The notes below the pieces were generated by a model, which was not told where the DNA came from, made no database searches, and worked only from the letters and a program-made list of their open reading frames with translations. From positions 1 through 47,293 of the forward strand of contig JANRIL010000013.1 in assembly GCA_033764955.1 (NCBI GenBank): a stretch of 47,293 nucleotides of DNA, in the 5' to 3' direction. Source of the stretch: Cyanobacteriota bacterium (lineage in GTDB: Bacteria > Cyanobacteriota > Cyanobacteriia > Thermostichales > Thermostichaceae). The translations under genes were made by a program, and so were the position numbers. Positions 10,629-22,336 of this stretch are shown in pieces (the stretch's first letter is position 1; the number at the start of each line of letters is the position of its first letter).

Positions 10629-12521
10629 ATGACCCATTTCAACCCTCAGCCGCTGCCTGCCCCCCAAGGTGCTACCCCTCTATCCCAGGTCTCCCTCACC
10701 CCTGACCAATGGCCCACTCAAACCCAGATGAGTGAAGATCTCGGTCGTCTGCTCAGAATCTTGCCCCCTGAGCTTTGCAGTGTCCTGCAAACTCACCCAC
10801 AGTTGGATCGCCTCGTGGAAGTCGTTTTGGATCTGGGGCGACAACCCGAGGCTCGCTTTCCAGGGCAGGCCGAGATCCTCTCCCCACAACCCGTCACCCG
10901 CCAGCAATTGGATCATGTGATCAGCCAAGTGGGAGAGTTTAGCGGCGATAACCGGGCGGGTATCGAATCGACCCTGCACCGCATCAGCGCCATCCGCAAC
11001 CGCCAGGGATCCATCATTGGGTTAACCTGCCGCGTTGGTCGCTGCGTGATTGGCGTTATCGATATCATCCGCGACTTGGTGGAGCAGGGCAAATCGATCC
11101 TATTGCTGGGTCGTCCCGGTGTCGGCAAAACCACAGCCCTGCGAGAAATTGCCCGTGTGCTGGCGGATGATCTGCACAAGCGAGTCGTGATCATCGATAC
11201 CTCCAATGAGATTGCCGGCGATGGAGATATTCCCCACCCCGGCATCGGACGCGCCCGTCGTATGCAGGTGGCTACCCCCGAGCAGCAGCACAAGGTCATG
11301 ATCGAGGCGGTCGAAAACCACATGCCGGAGGTGATCGTGATTGATGAGATCGGCACGGAACTGGAAGCCCAAGCCTCCCGCACGATTGCCGAACGGGGAG
11401 TCCAGTTGGTCGCCACCGCCCACGGCAACCAAATCGATAATCTGATCAAAAATCCTACGCTGGCGGATCTGATTGGCGGGATCCAAACCGTCACACTGGG
11501 AGACGACGAGGCTCGGCGGCGGGGCAGCCAAAAAAGTGTTTTGGAGCGAAAGGCTCCCCCCACCTTTGAGATTGCCGTAGAGATGCTGGAACGAACCCGC
11601 TGGGTGATCCACGAAAATGTGGCCAACACCGTGGACTATCTGCTGCGGGGACGGGATCCCGCTGTCCAGATCCGCAGCCTCAATAGCAACGGCGACCTCA
11701 CCATCTCCCGTCCGGTGCCAGCAGGGCCGCAGTGGCCTCCTGCCTTTGATGCCCTCTCCATGACTGCCTCTGCCAGCAATCGCTCCGGTCGATCCGGCTG
11801 GCGACGCAGCGGTCGCATGGAAGCCCTCCCCCTTGATCCCTTGGCTCAGCCTGCCCCCCTAGCAGGATCTCTAATCCACTCGCCCTCCCTCTCCCTCAGA
11901 GACCTCTCCTTAGATAGGGATGACGCTGATGAAGCGGACTTATTATCGGAAGGGGAAGAGGACTTTGATCTGGCGGCGGCTGATTATGATTCCTTTTCTC
12001 CGGCGGGGCAAGAGGTGGTCATGATCTATCCCTACGGGGTCAGTCGCCACCATCTGGAGCAGATCATCCAGACCTTTAAGATTCATGCCCAGGTCACCAA
12101 AGATCTAAATAGTGCCGATATCGTCCTTGCCCTTCGTTCCCACGTGAGGAATCGCTCTAAAATCCAACAACTGGCCCAGGCTCGTCAAATCCCTGTCCAT
12201 ACGGTTAAAGCCAACAATCTGCTGGCTCTCTCCAAAGCGCTGCGGCAAATCCTCCACCTAGAGACAGAAATGGGTGAGGTTGACGGCGATAGCGACTTTG
12301 ATCTGCTGCTTCAGCCCTCCGCCAGTGACCAAAACGAAGCCCTCGAAGAAGCTCGCTTGGCTGTTGAACAAATCGTGATTCCCAAATCTCAGCCCGTCGA
12401 ACTGCTGCCCCGTCCTTCGGTCATCCGCAAGCTACAACATGAGTTGATCGAGCACTACCATCTGCGAGCCAAAAGCTTTGGGGAAGAACCGAATCGGCGT
12501 TTGCGGATCTATCCAGACTAA
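10629..12521 (+). CDS. Ycf45/SpoIIIAA-like AAA+ ATPase with C-terminal R3H domain
   Basis: [37 protein letters not shown]-terminal RKLQH...[12 protein letters not shown]. Confidence 0.9.
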   Translation: MTHFNPQPLPAPQGATPLSQVSLTPDQWPTQTQMSEDLGRLLRILPPELCSVLQTHPQLDRLVEVVLDLGRQPEARFPGQAEILSPQPVTRQQLDHVISQVGEFSGDNRAGIESTLHRISAIRNRQGSIIGLTCRVGRCVIGVIDIIRDLVEQGKSILLLGRPGVGKTTALREIARVLADDLHKRVVIIDTSNEIAGDGDIPHPGIGRARRMQVATPEQQHKVMIEAVENHMPEVIVIDEIGTELEAQASRTIAERGVQLVATAHGNQIDNLIKNPTLADLIGGIQTVTLGDDEARRRGSQKSVLERKAPPTFEIAVEMLERTRWVIHENVANTVDYLLRGRDPAVQIRSLNSNGDLTISRPVPAGPQWPPAFDALSMTASASNRSGRSGWRRSGRMEALPLDPLAQPAPLAGSLIHSPSLSLRDLSLDRDDADEADLLSEGEEDFDLAAADYDSFSPAGQEVVMIYPYGVSRHHLEQIIQTFKIHAQVTKDLNSADIVLALRSHVRNRSKIQQLAQARQIPVHTVKANNLLALSKALRQILHLETEMGEVDGDSDFDLLLQPSASDQNEALEEARLAVEQIVIPKSQPVELLPRPSVIRKLQHELIEHYHLRAKSFGEEPNRRLRIYPD

Positions 12522-12577
12522 AATAAAGGGTGTTCCGACAGCAGTAGGGTTCGTCACCACCATGCTAAGCCCCCTCT

Positions 12578-13618
12578 TTGGCCTGCTCGTCTAGGGGTAG
12601 TCCATCCTTGAGCCAAGAAAAATTATTACATCTTTGTTTGTTAGTCAATTGGGATCCGCAAGCGGAGGATCCTCCGTTTTCACTAGACTGGACTCAACTC
12701 CTCCCTCCCCAACGGTTTTCCCTCTATCAAGCCCCCAGCCCCGCAGCCCTCCTCAACTACCTGCGCCATCAATCGGATACCGTGGATTGTCTGCTGCTAC
12801 TCAGCGAAATTCATCTCCTGCCCGAATTACAGACTTTGCCCAAACAACTGTGCGAATGGGGTATCCTCCTCCCGACGCTACTGGGAATTTTCACCTATGA
12901 AGAGGAAGGCTCAAACCGCCTTTCCATGCTGGAAACTCTGCAACAACACAGCCGTTTTTTCTACCACAACGCCACGGTTATTCACTCCTTTCCCCTCCTC
13001 GCTTCTCCCCCCTCAGGGGACAGCGGATTTGCCCTGCGACTTCACGATAAAACGACCCTTCTTGACGCCATTCCTAGCCTGATCGACCAAGCCATTGCGC
13101 TTTTCCTGCAAATGTCCCCCACCTGTGGCATCCCCCAAGGTGAACGGTTGGACGGGGATCCCCCTTCTCCCCTTGACCGCGTTTATGATCAGCAACATCG
13201 ACTCTCCGAAAAACTCAAGGAGCGCCTCGGCTACCACGGGGTCTATTATCATCGGGATCCCAATCACTACTTTCGCCATCTTTCGTCCAGCGAACAAAAA
13301 ATCCTTCTGCAACGACTGCGAGGACTTTACCAAGCCATCGTCCTTGATTATTTCCAGTCCCCTCAACGGGCTAATATTTTGATCGATGAATTTGTCGCCC
13401 TCACGTTTTTTGCTGACATTGGTGCCTCCCAAATTGTAGAGTTACACATGAGCTTAATGGATGACTTTGCCAACCAACTCAAGCTAGAAGGTCGCAATGA
13501 AGAAATTTTGTTAGACTATCGCATCACCCTGATTGATGTCATTGCCCATCTCAGTGAGATGTACCGTCGCTCTATCCCCAAAACTTCCTCCTTTCCCTCC
13601 CCCCAACGGAACGGCTAA
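12578..13618 (+). CDS. kaiA: Circadian clock protein KaiA
   Basis: [30 protein letters not shown]...[37 protein letters not shown] start uncertain (12578 or 12608). Confidence 0.96.
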   Translation: MACSSRGSPSLSQEKLLHLCLLVNWDPQAEDPPFSLDWTQLLPPQRFSLYQAPSPAALLNYLRHQSDTVDCLLLLSEIHLLPELQTLPKQLCEWGILLPTLLGIFTYEEEGSNRLSMLETLQQHSRFFYHNATVIHSFPLLASPPSGDSGFALRLHDKTTLLDAIPSLIDQAIALFLQMSPTCGIPQGERLDGDPPSPLDRVYDQQHRLSEKLKERLGYHGVYYHRDPNHYFRHLSSSEQKILLQRLRGLYQAIVLDYFQSPQRANILIDEFVALTFFADIGASQIVELHMSLMDDFANQLKLEGRNEEILLDYRITLIDVIAHLSEMYRRSIPKTSSFPSPQRNG

Positions 13619-13622
13619 TCCC

Positions 13623-13928
13623 ATGTCCCTCTCCCGCAAAGCCTACGTTCTTAAACTCTACGTTGCTGGCAATACCCCCAACTCCTTGAGAGCGATTCGT
13701 ACTTTGCATGACATCCTAGATAAAGAGTTTCGAGGTGTCTATAGTGTTAAAGTGATTGATGTTTTAGAAAATCCTCAACTGGCGGAAGAAGATAAAATAC
13801 TAGCCACCCCTACCCTCGCCAAGATATTACCTCCCCCCGTTCGTAAAATCATTGGAGATCTCTCTAACCGAGAAAAAGTTTTGATTGGACTCGATTTACT
13901 TTATGAAGAACTAGAGGAGCAAGAATAG
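13623..13928 (+). CDS. kaiB: Circadian clock protein KaiB
   Basis: [50 protein letters not shown] at 13623. Confidence 0.98.
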   Translation: MSLSRKAYVLKLYVAGNTPNSLRAIRTLHDILDKEFRGVYSVKVIDVLENPQLAEEDKILATPTLAKILPPPVRKIIGDLSNREKVLIGLDLLYEELEEQE

Positions 13929-13935
13929 CTGAATT

Positions 13936-15534
13936 ATGATTAATGAAATCCCTCAGAATTCCCCCTCCCCCTCTGATTCCCAAAACTATTCTGAACCTCC
14001 CACAGCCATCGCCTCTGCCAGAACCAGCACCGGCATCCCCAAAGTCCCCACAGGAATTGAAGGCTTCGACGACATTAGCCATGATGGCTTACCCTTTGGT
14101 CGCACCACCTTGATCAGTGGCACCTCCGGCACTGGCAAAACATTATTTGCGGTTCAATTCCTCCACAACGGCATCATTCAATTCCAGGATCCCGGTATTC
14201 TCATTACCTTTGAAGAATCTCCATCGGATATTATTCGCAATGCCTTTAGTTTTGGTTGGGATTTGCAAGCGCTTATTAATGAGGGTAAGCTCTTCATCCT
14301 AGATGCTTCTCCGGATCCTGAAGGCTACGAAGTAAGTGGAAATTTTGATCTTTCCGCCCTCATTGAGAGGATCCAATACGCCATCAAAAAATACAAAGCC
14401 AAACGAGTTGCCATTGATTCTGTCACCGCTATTTTCCAACAATATGATCCGGCGGGGATTGTGCGTCGAGAATTATTCAGACTTACCGCACGCCTCAAAC
14501 AATGTAATGTCACCACTGTCATGACCACAGAGAGAACGGATGAATATGGCCCGATTGCCCGCTTTGGAGTGGAAGAATTTGTCTCAGATAACGTGGTTAT
14601 TCTCCGCAATATGCTAGAGGGAGAGAAGCGGCGACGTACCATCGAAATTCTTAAATTGCGGGGCACCACCCACATGAAAGGGGAGTATCCATTCACCATG
14701 ACCCGTGATGGGATTAATATTTTTCCCCTGGGAGCCATGCAACTGACCCAACGCTCCTCCAACGATCGCGTCTCCTCTGGTGTCAAAAAGCTGGATGAAA
14801 TGTGTGGGGGAGGGTTTTTCAAAGACTCCATCATTTTGGTAACCGGAGCAACCGGTACAGGCAAAACCTCCCTGGTCAGCAAGTTTCTCGAAGAAGGGTG
14901 TTTACAAGGGGAACGCTGTATTTTATTTGCCTACGAAGAGTCCCGTGCTCAACTATCTCGAAATGCCTCCTCCTGGGGAATTGATTTGGAAAAAATTGAG
15001 AGACAAAAACTGCTAAAAATCATTTGTGCCTATCCCGAATCAGCCGGTCTAGAAGATCACCTGCAAATCATCAAAAGTGAAATCATGGCTTTCAAACCGG
15101 CTCGGATTGCCATTGATTCCCTTTCTGCTCTGGCACGAGGAGTCAGCCAAAATGCCTTTCGTCAGTTCGTAATTGGTGTGACGGGCTATGCCAAACAAAT
15201 GGAAATCACAGGGTTTTTCACCAATACTACCGATCAGTTCATGGGATCCCATTCCATTACCGAATCCCATATCTCTACGATCACAGACACGATAATTCTA
15301 TTGCAGTACGTGGAGATTAGAGGAAAAATGTCACGAGCTATCAACGTCTTCAAAATGCGCGGCTCTTGGCACGATAACGGTATTTGCGAATATCTCATCT
15401 CCAATGTAGGCATTCAGATTCAAGATTCTTTCCGTGGCTACGAACGAATCATCAGTGGATCCCCTACCCGCATTAGCATTGACGAGAAAAATGAACTTTC
15501 AAGAATTGTGCAAGGGGTTCGTGAGCGAGAATAG
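13936..15534 (+). CDS. kaiC: Circadian clock protein KaiC
   Basis: Two P-loops (GTSGTGKT, GATGTGKT), phosphosite motif ESHISTITD, A-loop/tail ERIISGSPTRI. Confidence 0.99.
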   Translation: MINEIPQNSPSPSDSQNYSEPPTAIASARTSTGIPKVPTGIEGFDDISHDGLPFGRTTLISGTSGTGKTLFAVQFLHNGIIQFQDPGILITFEESPSDIIRNAFSFGWDLQALINEGKLFILDASPDPEGYEVSGNFDLSALIERIQYAIKKYKAKRVAIDSVTAIFQQYDPAGIVRRELFRLTARLKQCNVTTVMTTERTDEYGPIARFGVEEFVSDNVVILRNMLEGEKRRRTIEILKLRGTTHMKGEYPFTMTRDGINIFPLGAMQLTQRSSNDRVSSGVKKLDEMCGGGFFKDSIILVTGATGTGKTSLVSKFLEEGCLQGERCILFAYEESRAQLSRNASSWGIDLEKIERQKLLKIICAYPESAGLEDHLQIIKSEIMAFKPARIAIDSLSALARGVSQNAFRQFVIGVTGYAKQMEITGFFTNTTDQFMGSHSITESHISTITDTIILLQYVEIRGKMSRAINVFKMRGSWHDNGICEYLISNVGIQIQDSFRGYERIISGSPTRISIDEKNELSRIVQGVRERE

Positions 15535-15568
15535 GTGCGAGAGCAAGGAAATGAAAGCGCAACAGAAC

Positions 15569-16075
15569 CTAATCAAAATAAAACAACGTCACGACTTTAT
15601 GCTGCTCCTCAGCACTTTTGCAGGTGTCTAGAAGGGTGATGCTGTCATGAAAAGCAAAGCAGATGAGTTGTTGACATTTGCTGATAATTTCTAGATTGCA
15701 GAGATGGCTGGCTTCCGCTAGGGAAAGGTGATCGTGTTCGGGATGTTCTACCAAATGAATCACCTGTTCTAGGCTGGCGCGAGATTCACTGGGCTGCTTG
15801 TCTAGACTTTGCGGCAGGATCACCGTCAAGGACTTGATATCCGCCCGAATTGCCCCTCGAATCACCGCCAAATTGGTTCCGGTGGCTCCTGAAGTGAGGA
15901 TGCGATTGCCCGTCAGGGCGAGGGCATAGCTTAAGGTTTCAATCAGATATTGATGGCCAATTGGCACATGGCGGCTACCCAAAATAGCGATCCGCTTGGG
16001 ACCTACCTGCTGAATCGCCAGCAACTCTTGGAGAAACGTATCGACAGGGGTGGAAAGATCAATGGACTGGGTCAA
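15569..16075 (-). CDS. Conserved cyanobacterial DprA/Smf-like Rossmann-fold protein
   Basis: RIAILGSRHVP, TSGATGTN.AVIRGA, ICFAFHDS, VVTLFYFD. TTG start. Confidence 0.7.
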   Translation of the reverse strand: MTQSIDLSTPVDTFLQELLAIQQVGPKRIAILGSRHVPIGHQYLIETLSYALALTGNRILTSGATGTNLAVIRGAIRADIKSLTVILPQSLDKQPSESRASLEQVIHLVEHPEHDHLSLAEASHLCNLEIISKCQQLICFAFHDSITLLDTCKSAEEQHKVVTLFYFD

Positions 16076-16234
16076 GGTCGTGCCTCCAAATGCCGTAGAT
16101 CAGCCAGATGCCGTGGGGTTGGCTACTTCAGCTTGGCCTGTCTACTCCCTAAACTCAGCCATTCTATCAGAAGGGATCCCTTCCCTACCGCAGCCTGAGG
16201 TAAAGTCGAAAAGCAGCTTTGGGGGGAATAGCGG

Positions 16235-17725
16235 ATGATCTTGCCAAATTTTGCGGATTTTTTGACGCTCGCGCAGCAGGGCAATTTGATCCCGGTTTAT
16301 CAAGAGTGGGTGGCGGATCTGGAAACCCCCGTTTCGGCTTGGTATCGAGTCTGTGCCGGAAAACCCTATAACTTTTTGTTGGAGTCGGTGGAAGGAGGAG
16401 AACAGATTGCCCGCTACAGTTTGCTGGGCTGTGATCCCCTCTGGCGCTTAGAGGTACGGGGGGAACAAACCACTCAGACCCATCGCGATGGCCGCGTGGA
16501 ATTGTGGCAGGGGGATCCCTTTCGCATTGTGGCGGACTGCCTGCAAAGCTATCAGCCGGTGACCCTACCAGATTTGCCAGGAACGATTGGCGGGTTATTT
16601 GGTTATTGGGGCTATGAATTGATGCCGTGGATTGAGTCAAAAGTCCCCATTCATCAAGGCTCCAATGATCTGCCGGATGCGGTGTTTATGCTGGTGGATA
16701 GCATCCTCCTCTTTGATCAAGCCAAGCGCAAGATTTGGGTGATGGCCTTTGCTGACCTGACCAATAGCCCTGCCGAAGCCGCCTATCAAGCCGCCTGTGA
16801 GCGGGTAGCCGCCCTGACCAACCAACTGAATGCCCCCTTGCCCCTGGGTAACCTCAGTTTGAATTGGCAACACCGCCCCGCCGATGCGGTTTCCTTTCGC
16901 AGCAGCGTCAGCCAAGCCGACTATACCCGTCAAGTGGAGCAGGCCAAGGCATACATCCAAGCGGGCGATATCTTTCAGGTGGTGTTGTCCCAACAACTGT
17001 GGGTGGAGTATCCAGGGGATCCTTTTCATCTCTATCGCTCTCTGCGCCTGATTAACCCCTCTCCCTATATGGCCTTCTTTCAGTTTGGCGACTGGCATCT
17101 GATCGGCTCTAGTCCGGAAGTGATGGTCAAACTCAACCGTGAGGGTAACCAACGGCGAGCCATCCTGCGTCCGATTGCGGGCACCCGCCCACGCGGATCC
17201 ACCCTTGCTCAGGATCAAGCCCTAGCCGATGAGCTATTGGCGGATCCTAAAGAACGAGCCGAACACGTCATGTTAGTAGATTTGGGGCGCAATGATCTGG
17301 GGCGGGTCTGCGCCACCGGCTCAGTCAAGGTCAACGATCTGATGGTGATCGAACGCTATAGTCACGTCATGCACATCGTCAGCAATATCGAAGGAGAATT
17401 GCCCCCCGATCAAACCGCTTGGGATCTGCTGAAGGCGACATTCCCGGCAGGAACGGTGACGGGTGCTCCCAAAATTCGCGCCATGCAGATCATTCACGAA
17501 TTGGAAGGCTTGCGACGGGGTCTCTATTCTGGTGCCTATGGCTATTACGATTTTGCTGGACAACTCAACACCGCCATCACGATTCGCACGTTTGTGGTCA
17601 AAGACGGACACCTGATCTTGCAGGCGGGGGCGGGCATTGTGGCCGATTCGGATCCCATCAAAGAGTATGAGGAATGCATGAATAAAGCCCGTGGTTTGTT
17701 AACCGCTTTGGCTAGCTTGGGTTGA
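16235..17725 (+). CDS. trpE: Anthranilate synthase component I
   Basis: LLESVEGG, GDIFQVVLSQ, NPSPYM, PIAGTRPRG, KERAEHVMLVDLGRND, GAPKIRAM, QAGAGIV. Confidence 0.96.
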   Translation: MILPNFADFLTLAQQGNLIPVYQEWVADLETPVSAWYRVCAGKPYNFLLESVEGGEQIARYSLLGCDPLWRLEVRGEQTTQTHRDGRVELWQGDPFRIVADCLQSYQPVTLPDLPGTIGGLFGYWGYELMPWIESKVPIHQGSNDLPDAVFMLVDSILLFDQAKRKIWVMAFADLTNSPAEAAYQAACERVAALTNQLNAPLPLGNLSLNWQHRPADAVSFRSSVSQADYTRQVEQAKAYIQAGDIFQVVLSQQLWVEYPGDPFHLYRSLRLINPSPYMAFFQFGDWHLIGSSPEVMVKLNREGNQRRAILRPIAGTRPRGSTLAQDQALADELLADPKERAEHVMLVDLGRNDLGRVCATGSVKVNDLMVIERYSHVMHIVSNIEGELPPDQTAWDLLKATFPAGTVTGAPKIRAMQIIHELEGLRRGLYSGAYGYYDFAGQLNTAITIRTFVVKDGHLILQAGAGIVADSDPIKEYEECMNKARGLLTALASLG

Positions 17726-17803
17726 GGAGAAGGATCCCTTTGGGTGTTGCCCCCTGCCCAGTTGAGGTAACTTGGGACTTATGTGTGATTGAGCCGTGCC
17801 GCT

Positions 17804-20317
17804 ATGACCCAGCAGTTATCCCTTGAAGGATTCAGTGCCCTAGGCCGCATCGTCCCCACGGATCTGCAAGGGGAAATGCAGCGCTCCTACCTGGAATACG
17901 CCATGAGCGTGATCGTGGGGCGGGCATTGCCGGATGTACGGGATGGCCTTAAACCCGTTCACCGCCGCATCCTCTACGCCATGCACGAGTTGGGGCTAAC
18001 CCCCGATCGCCCCTACCGCAAATGCGCCCGCGTCGTCGGAGATGTCTTGGGGAAGTATCACCCCCACGGCGATCAAGCGGTCTATGATGCCCTAGTGCGG
18101 ATGGTGCAAGATTTTTCCAGCCGTTACCCCCTTGCGGATGGACATGGCAATTTTGGCTCGATTGATAATGATCCCCCCGCCGCCATGCGCTATACCGAGT
18201 GCCGTTTATCCGGTATGGGCAACAGTGGGCTTTTGAACGATATCAGCGAAACGATTGTTGATTTCATGCCCAATTTTGATGGATCCCAGGCGGAGCCGAC
18301 GGTCTTGCCCGCCCGTTTACCGATCCTGCTCTTGAATGGTTCCTCCGGCATCGCTGTGGGTATGGCCACCAATATTCCTCCCCACAACCTGGGGGAAGTA
18401 GTGGATGCTTTGTTGGCTTTAATCGAGCGGCCTCACCTCAGCTCCAGCGACTTGATGCAGTGGATCCCGGCTCCCGATTTTCCGACGGGGGGACAGATCC
18501 TCAGTGATCACGGGATCCGTGACGCCTATAGCGAGGGACGGGGTCTGATCACGGTGCGGGGGGTGACGCAGTTTGAAGAAATTCAACCCGGCAAAGGGCG
18601 ACATCGCCGCTCCGCCATTATTGTCACAGAATTTCCTTTTCAGGTGAATAAGGCCGCCTGGATTGAGAAAGTGGCGGAACTGGTCAACGACAATCGCCTC
18701 AGCGGCATTGCCGATCTGCGGGATGAATCGGATCGCACGGGCATCCGTGTGGTGATCGAGCTACGCAAAGACGCCCATCCCCAACAGGTGCTGCAACAAC
18801 TGTTCAAGCTGACCTCCCTCCAAACAACCTTTGGAGCGATTTTGCTGGCCTTGGTCAACAATGAACCCCAACAGCTTAGCTTGAAGGCTTTACTTCAATA
18901 TTATTTAGACTTTCGAGAGGCAACCCTTCTCAAGCTGTTTCGCTCGGAACAGGAGCAGGTGAGCCGCAAGGTAGAAGAGGTGGCTGGTATGTTACTGGCC
19001 TTGGCGGATTTGGATCGGGTGATTCAAGTCCTGCGACAGTCAGCGGACGGAACCACAGCCAAACGCCAACTACAAGAGCAATTAGCCTGCACAGAGCGAC
19101 AAGCAGACACGATCTTAGCCATGCCCTTGCGTCGCCTGCTGGGGTTGGAGCAGCAACGTTTGCACGAGGAGCATCAAACCTTACTGGCTCGTTTGACAGA
19201 ATTGCAAGGGTTGTTGGAGGATCGGAGCAAGTTGCTCAACTATCTGAAAAAAGATCTGCGTGCTTTGAAAAAAGCTCACGGGGATCCCCGCCGCAGCCAG
19301 GTGAAATCGGCTCAAGACTTGGCTGCTGAAATTGCCGATCTGCCCGATCCGCAAGACAGTGGGGATGCCCCTGTTGTGGTGCAACTGACCCGCAAAGGGT
19401 ATATCCGCCGCCTCGCGGTGGGAGGTCGTCGCAGCCGAGCCACGGGATCCCCACGAGATACAGGAGGGGACGACCCCATCAGGCAGATATTCTCCGCCCG
19501 CCTACAGCAGGAGATCTTGGTTTTAACGGCCAGTGGACGCGCCTTCAACCTGGCGGTGGAGGATATTCCCCACAGTACCGGACAGGCGAAAGGGATCCCA
19601 TTGGTGACACTTCTGCCTGTTGCGGAACCGGTGATTGAGCTATTTCTGATAGATAGCCAGGATCCCCAGACTGCTCAGGTGGATGTGTTGTTGCTGAGTC
19701 AGCAGGGACGCCTCAAGCGAGTGGAGATGGCTGAGTTGATGGGACTGACCGCCCGTGGAACTACCGCCCTCAAACTTAAGGATGATGACACCCTAGGCTG
19801 GGCAACCCTCACCCCCAGCGGGGATCCCCAAGGGCATACTCTGCTGATCGCCACTTCTGGGGGACGACTATTGCGCCTATCGCTTGCCCCTGATCACTTA
19901 CCCGTGATGGGACGCATCGCCCTTGGACAAGCCGCCCTGCGTCTGCACAAACGGGAGTCGATCGTCGGTATGTGTCGGGTATCCCCCCAAGGCAGCGTCA
20001 TTTTGGCATCCCGTGCAGGCTATTTCAAGCGACTGGCTGTGCAAGACGTACCGATTGTCGAGCGAGGGGCTATTGGGGTGCAAGCCATGCAGTTCAAGCA
20101 GCGCAACGATAGTTTGGTGGGATTATTGGCCGTTGTAGAGGCGGGAGAGGTGGACGTGCTGCTGGAGTCCGGTCAGATAATCGTGTTGCCCCTCAGCCGC
20201 ATTCCCCTCCAAGCCAAAAGCCAGGGGGGGGAACTACTCATGCAAACGAATACGGCGATCAGCAGCCTCCACCTCTTTCATCCCCAGGGGTTGACAGCTA
20301 GCGATATCCTTTCGTAA
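17804..20317 (+). CDS. Type IIA topoisomerase subunit A (second GyrA / ParC-like paralog)
   Basis: [35 protein letters not shown], catalytic AAMRYTE, beta-pinwheel repeats; no QRRGGKG GyrA-box. Start ATG 17804 or TTG 17789. Confidence 0.92.
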   Translation: MTQQLSLEGFSALGRIVPTDLQGEMQRSYLEYAMSVIVGRALPDVRDGLKPVHRRILYAMHELGLTPDRPYRKCARVVGDVLGKYHPHGDQAVYDALVRMVQDFSSRYPLADGHGNFGSIDNDPPAAMRYTECRLSGMGNSGLLNDISETIVDFMPNFDGSQAEPTVLPARLPILLLNGSSGIAVGMATNIPPHNLGEVVDALLALIERPHLSSSDLMQWIPAPDFPTGGQILSDHGIRDAYSEGRGLITVRGVTQFEEIQPGKGRHRRSAIIVTEFPFQVNKAAWIEKVAELVNDNRLSGIADLRDESDRTGIRVVIELRKDAHPQQVLQQLFKLTSLQTTFGAILLALVNNEPQQLSLKALLQYYLDFREATLLKLFRSEQEQVSRKVEEVAGMLLALADLDRVIQVLRQSADGTTAKRQLQEQLACTERQADTILAMPLRRLLGLEQQRLHEEHQTLLARLTELQGLLEDRSKLLNYLKKDLRALKKAHGDPRRSQVKSAQDLAAEIADLPDPQDSGDAPVVVQLTRKGYIRRLAVGGRRSRATGSPRDTGGDDPIRQIFSARLQQEILVLTASGRAFNLAVEDIPHSTGQAKGIPLVTLLPVAEPVIELFLIDSQDPQTAQVDVLLLSQQGRLKRVEMAELMGLTARGTTALKLKDDDTLGWATLTPSGDPQGHTLLIATSGGRLLRLSLAPDHLPVMGRIALGQAALRLHKRESIVGMCRVSPQGSVILASRAGYFKRLAVQDVPIVERGAIGVQAMQFKQRNDSLVGLLAVVEAGEVDVLLESGQIIVLPLSRIPLQAKSQGGELLMQTNTAISSLHLFHPQGLTASDILS

Positions 20318-20399
20318 ACTAGCCGCCCCTCAGCTTGACTCGCAGGATCCCAGGGGTTTTATACTAAACGGCACAGCGACTTCCGAAATGGTGAGATGA

Positions 20400-21176
<777 letters not shown>

Positions 21177-21244
21177 CCATCTGTTTCACTTAGAGACTAG
21201 CTCCGTGTTCAGGGATAGAGATCCTGCCTCAACCCTATCTGGTT

Positions 21245-22207
21245 TCAACGGGAATACTGTACTCGTGGGTCTAGCAAACCATACAGCAAATCCGCCAGCA
21301 AGTTAAAAAAGACGATCAAAATGGCATAGATAAACGTAATCGCCATGACCACCGGAGTATCGGCACGAAAGATAGAGTCCACCAACAAAGCCCCAATTCC
21401 AGGCACCCGAAAAATTTGCTCCGTAATCAAAGCGCCCGTAAAAATACTGGGGATATCCAAAGCCATCAGCGTAACCACAGGAATCAGGGCATTGCGTAGA
21501 ATGTGGCGGTTGACCACAACCAACTGATGCAATCCTTTAGCATGAGCGGTTCTCACATAATCTTTGCTGAGTTGCTCAACCATCGAAGCCCGCACAAACC
21601 GCATTAACACCGCCGTCTGAAACATTGCCAATACTGTGATCGGCATAATGGATTGTTTGATTTGAGCCACCAAAGAAGCCCAGTCTTTGACCTCTAAAGT
21701 GCTGTTATAGATAAAAGGAAACCACTTGAGGTTGACACTAAAAATAATAATAAATAACACCCCCGTAAAAAAAGTGGGGAGAGAGAATCCAATAAAAGCC
21801 AAAATAGTGACAATCCGATCAAAATGGGTATAACGTTTTAGAGCAGAAATGATCCCCATCGGAATGGCGATGACGGATCCCAGCAAGTAGGCGGATCCTA
21901 CCACCCAAAGCGTTGTCGGTAATCGTTGTACAATCAGTTCACTGACTGGACTGCGACTATTAAAGGAAAACCCCATATCTCCTCGCAAAAAAGCCCAAAC
22001 CCACTTGAAATAGCGAATATAAATGGGCTGATCTAACCCTAGAGAACGACGGATATTTTCCCGCACTTCTGCACTAATTGCCGGATTTTGGGCAAACTCC
22101 CCCATGGGATCCCCTGGAGCCAAGGCCAAGATAGTAAACACAACCACACTAATGGCGATCAAAGTTGGAAACAAAATTAAGAAGCGATGGATCAAATAAC
22201 GAGTCAT
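21245..22207 (-). CDS. Peptide/nickel ABC transporter permease (OppB/DppB type)
   Basis: APGDP, LGLDQP, EAA loop DYVRTAHAKGL..HILRNALIP, DLLYGLLDPRV. Confidence 0.92.
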   Translation of the reverse strand: MTRYLIHRFLILFPTLIAISVVVFTILALAPGDPMGEFAQNPAISAEVRENIRRSLGLDQPIYIRYFKWVWAFLRGDMGFSFNSRSPVSELIVQRLPTTLWVVGSAYLLGSVIAIPMGIISALKRYTHFDRIVTILAFIGFSLPTFFTGVLFIIIFSVNLKWFPFIYNSTLEVKDWASLVAQIKQSIMPITVLAMFQTAVLMRFVRASMVEQLSKDYVRTAHAKGLHQLVVVNRHILRNALIPVVTLMALDIPSIFTGALITEQIFRVPGIGALLVDSIFRADTPVVMAITFIYAILIVFFNLLADLLYGLLDPRVQYSR

Positions 22208-22250
22208 GGGGCGTGGGGGTAAGAATTTCGTAAAAGTCAGTAGAGGCGGA

Positions 22251-22289
22251 AAAAGGATCCCTAAAATAGAAATGATTAGGGATCCTTTT
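22251..22289 (-). terminator. 14-bp perfect stem-loop between the binding-protein and permease genes
   Basis: AAAAGGATCCCTAA (22251-22264) is the reverse complement of TTAGGGATCCTTTT (22276-22289), with an 11-nt loop; it ends in a T-run on both strands. Confidence 0.7.
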
Positions 22290-22336
22290 CTGCAATGACC
22301 ATTAAGGTTGGGACAATAAGCGTGGGAAAAAGTATT

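Noticed and set aside
10913..11629. Long antisense ORFs (238 aa here; also 14325..14882, 16637..17218, 38206..38739)
   Set aside because: Shadow frames of well-conserved genes with no recognisable motifs.
13533..13622. N-terminal extensions in the ORF track for KaiB (also CP12, OppF, SDR, ManR-like, PDO)
   Set aside because: They overlap neighbouring genes or promoters; downstream ATGs match the family N-termini.
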